Of a DNA stretch of 14,980 bases, positions 7,194 through 13,578 are shown piece by piece; position 1 is the first letter of the stretch; each line of letters starts with the position of its first letter. Source of the stretch: Alphaproteobacteria bacterium (GTDB lineage Bacteria; Pseudomonadota; Alphaproteobacteria; Rs-D84; CACZYB01); contig WQWV01000023.1 in the NCBI GenBank assembly GCA_009785175.1, positions 1-14,980 on the forward strand, in the 5' to 3' direction. The translations under genes were made by a program, and so were the position numbers. The notes below the pieces were generated by a model. The model searched no databases. It had not been told where the DNA came from and was given only the letters and a program-made list of their open reading frames with translations.

Positions 7194-7237
7194 ATTGATA
7201 TTTTTAAGGGGGGGGGCGCCTTCGGCGTAGCTATAAA
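7194..7237 (+). promoter_or_regulatory. Degenerate third copy of the G9 promoter module (TTGATA ... G9 ... TAGCTATAAAT)
   Basis: TTGATA (7194-7199), 8 nt, GGGGGGGGG (7208-7216), then CGCCTTCGGCG replacing the TAGGT of M1/M2, then TAGCTATAAAT. No plus-strand gene lies downstream, only a hairpin and then lon in antisense. Confidence 0.3.
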
Positions 7238-7238
7238 T

Positions 7239-7287
7239 CCCTCCTGCAAAGCTTGCGCTGTCCTGCGTCCAGCTCTTCGCAGGAGGG
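7239..7287. terminator. Long stem-loop between convergent lon and the small-gene trio (possible bidirectional terminator)
   Basis: CCCTCCTGC (7239-7247) pairs with GCAGGAGGG (7279-7287) around a 31-nt internally structured loop. It is 7-15 nt from the lon stop. Flanks are GTTTGGTT on plus and ATTTAT on minus, so the U-tracts are weak. Confidence 0.4.
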
Positions 7288-7293
7288 GTTTGG

Positions 7294-9798
7294 TTATGGT
7301 TGTGCTTTGCTAGCGATGATAGGAGATGAGGCCACAGGCATATCCTCCAAGAGGCGGGCGAAGAAGTTCGCGGGCTCCTTGTCCACAATCGGTTTCGGCG
7401 CGGTGAGGAGCGCTATTTTCAAAACTTCGTCCGCGGTTTTGACGGGAATGATTTTTATCTTCTCTTTCACTATGTCGGGAATTTCGGTTAAATCCTTTTC
7501 GTTTTCATACGGGATAAGCGCGGTTTTGATTCCGGCGCGCATGGCCGCAAGCAGCTTTTCCTTTAGTCCGCCGATGGCGAGAACCCGGCCGCGAAGCGTC
7601 ATCTCGCCGGTCATGGCGATATCGCGGCGCACCGGGATTTCGGTTAAGGTCGATACTATCGAGGTAAGCATCGCGATGCCAGCCGACGGGCCGTCCTTGG
7701 GCGTGGCGCCCTCGGGCACGTGGATATGAATATCGATCTTGTTCCAGATTTTGGGATTTATACCGAAGGATTTCGAGCGGCTCCTTATAAACGATTTCGC
7801 CGTTTCGATCGATTCCTTCATCACGTCGCCAAGCTTGCCGGTGAACTTGGCTTCGCCTTTGCCCTCCATGACCGCGGTTTCGATCGAGAGCATTTCGCCG
7901 CCGACCTCGGTCCAGGCAAGGCCGTTTACGAATCCGACCTCGTCCCTTTTACCTGCGCTTAGGTGGTCGTATTTTTCGGGGCCCAAATAGTCGGCGAGGT
8001 TCGCGGCGGAAACTTTGATTATCTCCTTTTTCACTTCGTCGGCGATGAGTGTGAAGTTGTCGGAGGACGGCGCGGCGCGTTCGATTTTCAACGCCGCCTT
8101 TCGCATGATTTTATCGATTTGGCGTTTAAGGCCGCGGACGCCCGACTCGCGCGTATAGTTCGAAATAACCTTTTTCAGCGCGGCGTTGTCGATTTCGATT
8201 TCGCGCGCGGTAAGCGAATTTTTTTCAAGGCATTCGGGTATGATGTGGCGCTTGGCGATTTCCAATTTCTCGGTCTCGGTATAGCCGGAAAGCTCGACAA
8301 TCTCGAGTCGGTCGAGAAGCGGGCGTGCGATGCGGTCAAGCGAGTTGGCCGTGGTGATGAACATGACCTCGGAAAGATCGTAATCAAGGTCGAGGTAGTG
8401 GTCGGCGAACGTCGAATTTTGTTCGGGATCAAGAACCTCGAGCATAGCTGCGGCCGGGTCGCCATGAAGGCGGTCCGCTCCCATCTTGTCGATTTCATCA
8501 AGCAGGATCAGCGGATTTCCGGTGCCTGCTTTTTTAATCGTGGAAAGTATCTTGCCGGTGGTCGAGCCGACATAGGTTTTCCTATGCCCGCGGATTTCCG
8601 CCTCGTCGTGAACGCCGCCAAGCGAGAGTTTCGCGAATTTGCGGCCGGTGGCGGTTGCGATGGCGCGGCCAAGGCTTGTCTTACCTACGCCAGGAGGGCC
8701 GGCGAAGCAGAGGATTGTCCCCTTCGTCTTGCCGGCGCGTTTTTGGATTGCCAAGAATTCTAGTATCCTGTCCTTGATTTTATCGAGGCCGTAGTGCGCT
8801 TCGGTAAGCGTCTTTTCCGCGAAGGCGAGGTCGTTTTTCACCTCGTCGCGTTTGCCCCACGGAAGATCAAGCACGGTTTCGATGTAGTTGCGAAGCACGT
8901 TCGCCTCGGACGAGTGCGAGTTCATTTTTTTGAGCTTATTCAGGTCGGCCTTCACGCGGGCGGCGGCCTCTTTGGAAAGCGGCGCTTCGGCTATACGTTT
9001 TTCAAGAGCCGAGAATTCGTCGTCGCCTTCGTCGCCAAGCTCCTTTTGGATCGCGCGCATGGCTTCGTTAAGGTAATACTCGCGCTGGTTTTGGTTGATC
9101 GACTTGTTGACCTCGACGCGAATCTTCTGATCCACTTTGATCTGATTTATCTCGTTTTCAAGAAGGGCGATCAGGGCCCTTATGCGGCCGGCCATCGTGT
9201 CTTCTTCGAGTATCTTCTGTTTCGCCGCGATCTTGCCGGGAATGGACATCGCGATCGTTGCGACAAGGAGCAGGGGCTCGGCTATTTCGTCAAGGTCGCC
9301 GGTCGAGGAAACCATCGCGCTGCGCCCGGATTTTAGGTAGCGGTAAAAACTTGCAAGGAGTGCGCGGCGAAGCGTTTCTACCTCGAGTATGCCGTGCGGA
9401 GGGTAGCTTGTTTCCTCGTCGGTCGGCACGGTGGTCGCCCAGAGGTCGCCCTGCCTCGGCTCGAACGAAATGGCGCGGACCTTCTCTTCGGCCTCGACAA
9501 TCAGCTTCATCGAGCCGTCGGAAAGCGTGGTGTTCGAAACCACATACGCGCGCGCGCCGATGTCATAAAGATCGGCGTCGGTTTTCGCCTCTTTCACGCC
9601 TTCACGCACCGCCAAAAGTAGGAGGGGCGAGCCGGTGTTGACCGCCTCGATTATCGACTGGTTCGGCTTCTGCCCGGACGTGATCACCGGGATCATCATG
9701 CCGGGAAAGGGGACTATGTCCGCAAGGGGTAGTATAGGCAACGCCTCGCGCGGATTTCTGTCTTGGCGGGAAAGCCGTCTGGGTTTGGAAAACAACAT
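7294..9798 (-). CDS. lon: ATP-dependent Lon protease
   Basis: 834 aa. N-terminal LON substrate-binding domain ([17 protein letters not shown]). Walker [19 protein letters not shown]+ module. C-terminal serine protease domain with [17 protein letters not shown] and the catalytic KEKLLAA motif. Confidence 0.95.
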   Translation of the reverse strand: MLFSKPRRLSRQDRNPREALPILPLADIVPFPGMMIPVITSGQKPNQSIIEAVNTGSPLLLLAVREGVKEAKTDADLYDIGARAYVVSNTTLSDGSMKLIVEAEEKVRAISFEPRQGDLWATTVPTDEETSYPPHGILEVETLRRALLASFYRYLKSGRSAMVSSTGDLDEIAEPLLLVATIAMSIPGKIAAKQKILEEDTMAGRIRALIALLENEINQIKVDQKIRVEVNKSINQNQREYYLNEAMRAIQKELGDEGDDEFSALEKRIAEAPLSKEAAARVKADLNKLKKMNSHSSEANVLRNYIETVLDLPWGKRDEVKNDLAFAEKTLTEAHYGLDKIKDRILEFLAIQKRAGKTKGTILCFAGPPGVGKTSLGRAIATATGRKFAKLSLGGVHDEAEIRGHRKTYVGSTTGKILSTIKKAGTGNPLILLDEIDKMGADRLHGDPAAAMLEVLDPEQNSTFADHYLDLDYDLSEVMFITTANSLDRIARPLLDRLEIVELSGYTETEKLEIAKRHIIPECLEKNSLTAREIEIDNAALKKVISNYTRESGVRGLKRQIDKIMRKAALKIERAAPSSDNFTLIADEVKKEIIKVSAANLADYLGPEKYDHLSAGKRDEVGFVNGLAWTEVGGEMLSIETAVMEGKGEAKFTGKLGDVMKESIETAKSFIRSRSKSFGINPKIWNKIDIHIHVPEGATPKDGPSAGIAMLTSIVSTLTEIPVRRDIAMTGEMTLRGRVLAIGGLKEKLLAAMRAGIKTALIPYENEKDLTEIPDIVKEKIKIIPVKTADEVLKIALLTAPKPIVDKEPANFFARLLEDMPVASSPIIASKAQP

Positions 9799-9804
9799 GG
9801 TGAT

Positions 9805-9838
9805 AGTATAGGGAAGTTTTTACGGGAATTCAAGGGGG
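9805..9838 (-). promoter_or_regulatory. lon promoter: sigma32-like CCCCCTTGAA-N15-CCCTATACT that also reads as sigma70 TTGAAT-17-TATACT, predicted leaderless
   Basis: Minus strand: CCCCCTTGAA (9829-9838), then CCCTATACT ending at 9805, 6 nt, then ATG (9796-9798). No SD is present. Confidence 0.45.
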
Positions 9839-9840
9839 CT

Positions 9841-9860
9841 TTGAAACAATTTGAAACACA
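9841..9860 (+). repeat. Tandem direct repeat TTGAAACAAT / TTGAAACACA between the divergent lon and lpxA promoters
   Basis: Two adjacent 10-mers sharing TTGAAACA. A third TTGAAA at 9868 is the lpxA -35. Confidence 0.35.
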
Positions 9861-9867
9861 ATAGCGA

Positions 9868-9895
9868 TTGAAATATTTGCGTGTCCGTCTATAAT
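9868..9895 (+). promoter_or_regulatory. sigma70-type promoter for lpxA, predicted leaderless
   Basis: TTGAAA (9868-9873), 16-nt spacer, TATAAT (9890-9895), 7 nt, ATG at 9903. No SD is present. Confidence 0.5.
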
Positions 9896-9902
9896 AAAAG
9901 TT

Positions 9903-10772
9903 ATGGAAAAATTGCGCTCGAAACAGCTTGTCGACCTTGAAACGCTTAACTCGCGGCGAACATTTATCGCAAAATCCGCGGACGTCGACACTAGCGCTAA
10001 GATCGGCAAGAACGTAGTTATCGAGGACTTCTGTAAAATCGGTGCCAACGTGAAAATCGGCGATTTCGCCACTATCATGCGCGGCTCTATCATCGAGGAA
10101 AACTCGGTCATCGGGCGCGAATGTGTAATCCACCCCTATGTCATAATCGGCAACCAGAGCCACGATTTGAAGTTCGCCGACGCCGAGAAAACACCGGTTT
10201 TAATCGGCGAGCGAGTGATAATCCGCGAGTATTCAAACATTCATGCCGGCACGCCGCTTGGCGGAAACACTATCGTTTCGGACGACGCCTATATCATGTC
10301 CCACTCGCATATAGGGCACGATTGCAAGGTCGGGCGCGGCGCTTTGCTTTCGCAGCAGACGACGTTGGGCGGCGAGGTCGACATCGGCGAGTATGCCGTT
10401 ATCGGCGGATGCTCGGCCATACATCAATTCTGCACCATCGGGAAATACGCAATCATCGGCGGGTGTTCCAAAATCACCCAGGACGTTATTCCGTTCGCGA
10501 TGAGCGATGGAAATCCGCAAAGCCTTGACGGCCTTAATCTGCTTGGTTTGAAACGCCACGATTTTTCGGCCGAGGACGTTCGCGTGATAAAGGAAGTTTA
10601 CAAGACGCTTTTCATTGCCGACGATTTGGTTTGGGAAGAGCGGCTTGCGGCGGCGCAAAACGTATATGGCGACTCGGCTGTGGCTCAGGTGATCTTCGAC
10701 TTTATCAAGAACGTGTCGAGGCGGCCTTTGGCCCGTCCCAAGGGAAAGTTCAAGGACCAAGGCAATGTCTAG
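9903..10772 (+). CDS. lpxA: Acyl-ACP--UDP-N-acetylglucosamine O-acyltransferase LpxA
   Basis: 289 aa. Left-handed beta-helix hexapeptide repeats (IGKNVVIEDFCKIGANVKIGDFATI...). The conserved HxxHDCxVG region reads HSHIGHDCKVG. C-terminal helical domain (LGLKRHDFSAEDVRVIKEVYKTLF). It has a ~20-aa N-terminal extension relative to E. coli LpxA. Confidence 0.85.
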   Translation: MEKLRSKQLVDLETLNSRRTFIAKSADVDTSAKIGKNVVIEDFCKIGANVKIGDFATIMRGSIIEENSVIGRECVIHPYVIIGNQSHDLKFADAEKTPVLIGERVIIREYSNIHAGTPLGGNTIVSDDAYIMSHSHIGHDCKVGRGALLSQQTTLGGEVDIGEYAVIGGCSAIHQFCTIGKYAIIGGCSKITQDVIPFAMSDGNPQSLDGLNLLGLKRHDFSAEDVRVIKEVYKTLFIADDLVWEERLAAAQNVYGDSAVAQVIFDFIKNVSRRPLARPKGKFKDQGNV

Positions 10773-11562
10773 GCTTGGAATTATCGCGGGCGATAAATCG
10801 CTTCCCTCCACGCTTATAAATTTTCTTAAATCCCAGGGGGCGGACGATACCGTTGTTGCGGGCATAATCGGTTCATACGAAGGGGTTGCGGACGCGCGGT
10901 TCAGGCTTGCCGAGCTTCCGAAACTGATTGCATATTTCAAGCGTCTTGGCGTAGAGCGTGTAGTGCTTGCCGGCGGCGTACATACTGCCAAGGTGGGATT
11001 TTCTTTGAAGTTGATCGAGTTCGCGCTGAGGTTGCTTTTTATGAAAAACCGCTATGACGGCGTGTTGCGCCTTGTCGTGCGTGAAATCGAAAAAAACGGC
11101 ATGAAGGTCGTCGGGATCCAAGAGATTATGCCTCAGTTGCTTATTGCCGAAGGAGCTATGGGTGCGATTGCTCCGTCGGAATTGCAGACGGCCGAAATCA
11201 ATAGAGCATGGCGGCGAGCGCGGGAATTTGCCTCTACCGATGTCGGGCAATCTTGCGTGGAGGTTGGCGGAGTCGTTGTTGCGACCGAGAAGTTTGCCGG
11301 CACGAACGAGCTTATAGGGCGGGCGGGAATGCGGCCCGCAGCGGTGCTTTTGAAAATGCCGAAACCGGCTCAGGAAATGCGCGCGGACGTGCCGGTGATC
11401 GGCGTGGATACAGTGGAGCTGTGTGCGGCTCGGGGCTATGCCGGAATTGCGGTCGAGGCCGGGCGCGTAATTGTCGAGGATAGGGCGGCGACGGTGGCGG
11501 CGGCTGATAAAAATAAAATCTTTATAGTTGGATTCCGGCTCGGGGCCGGAATGACAGGGTGA
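10765..11562 (+). CDS. lpxI: UDP-2,3-diacylglucosamine hydrolase LpxI (DUF1009 family)
   Basis: 265 aa. Overlaps the lpxA stop by 8 nt (ATGTCTAG), indicating translational coupling. The N-terminus MSRLGIIAGDKSLP is LpxI-like. Position immediately after lpxA matches the LpxI gene order known from Caulobacter. Confidence 0.65.
   Translation: MSRLGIIAGDKSLPSTLINFLKSQGADDTVVAGIIGSYEGVADARFRLAELPKLIAYFKRLGVERVVLAGGVHTAKVGFSLKLIEFALRLLFMKNRYDGVLRLVVREIEKNGMKVVGIQEIMPQLLIAEGAMGAIAPSELQTAEINRAWRRAREFASTDVGQSCVEVGGVVVATEKFAGTNELIGRAGMRPAAVLLKMPKPAQEMRADVPVIGVDTVELCAARGYAGIAVEAGRVIVEDRAATVAAADKNKIFIVGFRLGAGMTG
11530..11555 (+). repeat. Hairpin element copy 2 (GGATTCCGGC-tcggg-GCCGGAAT followed by GAC), overlapping the lpxI 3' end
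   Basis: 8-bp stem 11532-11539 / 11545-11552, 5-nt loop, then GAC. It encodes the last residues of the LpxI ORF (FRLGAGMTG). Confidence 0.45.
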
Positions 11563-11612
11563 AGGTGGGGCGGCGTCTTGCGCGCAGCGAGGCAAGCTCG
11601 CTAGGAAAACAC

Positions 11613-11641
11613 TTGAAATCCGCGGAAACAACTCCTATAAT
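11613..11641 (+). promoter_or_regulatory. sigma70 consensus promoter for the 138-aa hypothetical gene
   Basis: TTGAAA (11613-11618), 17 nt, TATAAT (11636-11641). This yields a ~60-nt leader containing hairpin copy 3 and SD AAAGGAG. Confidence 0.5.
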
Positions 11642-11659
11642 AAGGATATAGCAATTCCC

Positions 11660-11684
11660 GGATTCCCGCCTTCGCGGGAATGAC
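11660..11684 (+). repeat. Hairpin element copy 3 (GATTCCCGC-cttc-GCGGGAAT followed by GAC) in a 5'UTR
   Basis: 8-bp stem 11662-11669 / 11674-11681, 4-nt loop, then GAC. A partial direct copy AATTCCCGG lies just upstream. It ends 23 nt before ATG 11707. Confidence 0.45.
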
Positions 11685-11706
11685 GCGGAGAAGAAAGGAG
11701 TCCGAC

Positions 11707-12123
11707 ATGATCAATGTTTCGTTCCGCAAAAAATCCACTCAAATTATCGATGCGACGGTTGCCGAGGTCGATGTGTTCATTGACAAAGACCATAAGAAGG
11801 GCCGGGCGCCAAATGAAAAACTTCCGAAGGAAATGGAGCTTTTGAAGGTCTTCAAAAACCTTTTGGCAAAGCTTAAGGAGAAGCTTAACGCGCGGCCGCA
11901 AAACGAGATCGAGGAAAACAAGCAGAAGGCGGAAATCGAAGAGCTGAACCAACTTGTCGGCGCGGTGCTTGACCAACTTTTCGCAATGGCGAACGCCGGG
12001 GAAATTACCGATCAGAAGCTTGTCGCCGCGATCAAATCCTGGCTTGTCGAACTTAATATGCGTCGCAGGCAGGGATCGAAAATCATGAACCGGCTTGCAG
12101 AAATGCGGCAAAAGGTGCGATAG
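11707..12123 (+). CDS. Hypothetical protein, predicted coiled-coil, no recognisable family
   Basis: The ORF-track 11680..12123 frame is trimmed to ATG 11707 (MINVSFRKK...), which has SD AAAGGAG 7 nt upstream. Heptad-like K/E/L-rich middle section (ELLKVFKNLLAKLKEKLNARPQNEIEENKQKAEIEELNQL). Confidence 0.55.
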   Translation: MINVSFRKKSTQIIDATVAEVDVFIDKDHKKGRAPNEKLPKEMELLKVFKNLLAKLKEKLNARPQNEIEENKQKAEIEELNQLVGAVLDQLFAMANAGEITDQKLVAAIKSWLVELNMRRRQGSKIMNRLAEMRQKVR

Positions 12124-12134
12124 CCGATTTCTTG

Positions 12135-12162
12135 TTGCAAAATCCAAAAACAGTGCTATATT
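12135..12162 (+). promoter_or_regulatory. Candidate promoter for the tRNA-Val/tRNA-Leu pair
   Basis: TTGCAA (12135-12140), 16 nt, TATATT (12157-12162), about 25 nt upstream of the tRNA-Val 5' end. Confidence 0.35.
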
Positions 12163-12186
12163 TGGGCGCATTCGGGTAAACCCGAT

Positions 12187-12263
12187 GGGTGTTTAGCTCA
12201 GCTGGCTAGAGCATCTCGTTTACACCGAGAGGGTCGGGGGTTCAAGTCCCTCAACACCCACCA
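12187..12263 (+). tRNA. tRNA-Val (anticodon TAC)
   Basis: Hand-folded cloverleaf. Acceptor GGGTGTT/AACACCC. D arm GCTC-AGCTGGCTA-GAGC. Anticodon arm TCTCG-TTTACAC-CGAGA with U33 and A37. T arm GGGGG-TTCAAGT-CCCTC. Discriminator A and an encoded CCA. Confidence 0.85.
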
Positions 12264-12326
12264 CCCTGCGCTTAAGCTTCGGGTGGCAGGCCACCTGGCA
12301 AAAGCGTAGGTTGGCGACATTGATGT

Positions 12327-12410
12327 GCGGTCGTGGCGAAACGGTAGACGCACTACCTTGAGGTGGTAGCGGGGCGACCCATGGAAGTTCAAGTCTTCTC
12401 GACCGCACCA
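12327..12410 (+). tRNA. tRNA-Leu (anticodon GAG), class II with a long variable arm
   Basis: Acceptor GCGGTCG/CGACCGC (7 bp). Anticodon arm CTACC-TTGAGGT-GGTAG. Variable-arm hairpin GGGGCGACCC. T arm GGAAG-TTCAAGT-CTTCT. Discriminator A and an encoded CCA. Confidence 0.85.
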
Positions 12411-12483
12411 TTAAAAAAACCTGGAACGGGACGTCGAAGTTAACTCGCGAGCTCGCTAGCCTTCTCGCTAACAACGCTCGTCG

Positions 12484-12510
12484 GCAAGCTGTGCTTGCGC
12501 TCGGTTTCTT
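12484..12510 (+). terminator. Weak candidate terminator after the tRNA pair
   Basis: GCAAGC-TGT-GCTTGC hairpin (12484-12498), then GCTCGGTTTCTTCTT. The stem is short and the U-tract is interrupted. Confidence 0.2.
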
Positions 12511-12542
12511 CTTGGGCGCGCCATTTTCAAAAGGAATTAAAA

Positions 12543-12614
12543 ATGCGAAGAGTGGAACATATGATGCCTTGGCGCCGCGTGTTTTCATTGCCAGAAAAAT
12601 TGCCGGTAATATGA
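12543..12614 (+). CDS. Possible 23-codon upstream ORF translationally coupled to the kinase gene (MRRVEHMMPWRRVFSLPEKLPVI)
   Basis: SD AAGGA (12531-12535) is 7 nt before ATG 12543. Its stop TGA (12612-12614) overlaps the downstream ATG (12611-12613) as ATGA. The downstream gene has no SD of its own. Confidence 0.25.
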   Translation: MRRVEHMMPWRRVFSLPEKLPVI

Positions 12615-13231
12615 AACGCAAAAAGCCTTTTGTAATTGGAATTACCGGAAAGACCGGGAGCGGCAAGACCTTTGTCGCCGAACTGCTTGGCGAAATGACC
12701 GGGTTCGAGGTGATCCACTGCGACAAGTATCTTAACAACATCATTCTTATAGAACCGATACGGAAATTATTGGAACTTAGGCATGGAATGGATTTGGACA
12801 TCGGACCCGGCGACGAGGCGGGGCGAAAAAATATCGACGGTAAAATTCCATATATGGTTGCGAACATGAGCAGGGCGGAGGCTCGGCTGTTCACGCTTGT
12901 CATCGACATTATGCTTTGCGACGAGCTGATAAAAAGAAGGGGCGAACCGGTGATAGTCGACGGCCTTTATATACCGAAATTTTACTTTTCAAAGGAATTC
13001 GCCAGCCTTGCCTATATCACAAGTGCCGGCGGGACCGCGGCAAGGCACGAAAAGATCGCGCGGCGCCATCCCGGCCTTCCCTTTGAGGTGATAAAGAAAG
13101 CCGACGACCTTTGCAACGGAGTGTTCGGATATAAAAATATCAAATACGACAGGACATTCAGCAACGACTATACGAACGTTCCAGCCGGGCTCGAGCAGTA
13201 TGCGGAAAAAATCCTACGGGCCGCGAGATAG
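12611..13231 (+). CDS. coaE: Dephospho-CoA kinase-like P-loop kinase
   Basis: The ORF-track 12491 (GTG) frame is trimmed to its only in-frame ATG. MKRKKPFVIGITGKTGSGKTFVAELLGEMTGFEVIHCDKY matches the CoaE N-terminus (xIGLTGGIGSGKST...G..VIDAD). Length is ~206 aa. C-terminal conservation is weaker. Confidence 0.55.
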   Translation: MKRKKPFVIGITGKTGSGKTFVAELLGEMTGFEVIHCDKYLNNIILIEPIRKLLELRHGMDLDIGPGDEAGRKNIDGKIPYMVANMSRAEARLFTLVIDIMLCDELIKRRGEPVIVDGLYIPKFYFSKEFASLAYITSAGGTAARHEKIARRHPGLPFEVIKKADDLCNGVFGYKNIKYDRTFSNDYTNVPAGLEQYAEKILRAAR

Positions 13232-13245
13232 CGGAAATTTCGCCG

Positions 13246-13536
13246 TCAATCATCTTTCAAATAACACTTCATCGTAGTATCATCATGGGTGAAAATTGCT
13301 TCGTCGCCCTTGCCGTGGAATTCGGCGGTGTCATTCGTGTATTTAGCGCCGGAGGCCGAGGGGACGCGTTCAAGCCCCCTGAAAAACTCATACGAATTGC
13401 GGCCGGTTTTAAGCAGCACATCGGCGCCGTCTTCGCGCGGCCTTAGCTCGAGCTTTGTATCGGCACAATCATATATGATTTTTTCTGATGTCAAAGCGCA
13501 GGAGGCAAGGCCCATGACCAAAAGTATTTTTTTCAT
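13246..13536 (-). CDS. mliC: MliC/PliC-family lysozyme-inhibitor lipoprotein
   Basis: 96 aa. Signal peptide with lipobox LASC. IIYDCADTKLEL...VPSASGAKYTNDTAEFHGKGDEAIFTHDDTTMKCY follows the MliC pattern (Y.C......L......SASGARY.dG.yE.w.KGDEA.L......C) with the two conserved Cys. Confidence 0.7.
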   Translation of the reverse strand: MKKILLVMGLASCALTSEKIIYDCADTKLELRPREDGADVLLKTGRNSYEFFRGLERVPSASGAKYTNDTAEFHGKGDEAIFTHDDTTMKCYLKDD

Positions 13537-13542
13537 GGTTTG

Positions 13543-13571
13543 ATTATATAATATTAAGGAGCTTGACGCAA
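13543..13571 (-). promoter_or_regulatory. sigma70-type promoter for mliC, predicted leaderless
   Basis: Minus strand: TTGCGT (13566-13571), 17-nt spacer, TATAAT (13543-13548), 6 nt, ATG (13534-13536). It overlaps the stop of the upstream gene. Confidence 0.45.
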
Positions 13572-13578
13572 CCGCGCG

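Noticed and set aside
7089-8763. ORFs 7089..7388 (-), 7253..7729 (+), 7963..8763 (+) and others overlapping lon
   Set aside because: They overlap or lie antisense to the strongly supported lon CDS. No RBS or domain features are present.
10233-11631. Minus-strand ORFs 10233..10991 and 10873..11631, and plus-strand ORFs 10121..10528 and 11208..11483
   Set aside because: They are antisense or alternate-frame shadows of lpxA/lpxI, with Arg-rich composition.
12491-12610. GTG start at 12491 for the kinase gene (MLALGFFLGAPFSKG...)
   Set aside because: It has no SD. The extension is hydrophobic and non-CoaE-like. The CoaE P-loop begins right after ATG 12611, which is coupled to an SD-bearing uORF.
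12220-12909. Minus-strand ORF 12220..12909 (229 aa)
   Set aside because: It runs through both tRNA genes and antisense to the kinase gene. It is not plausible.
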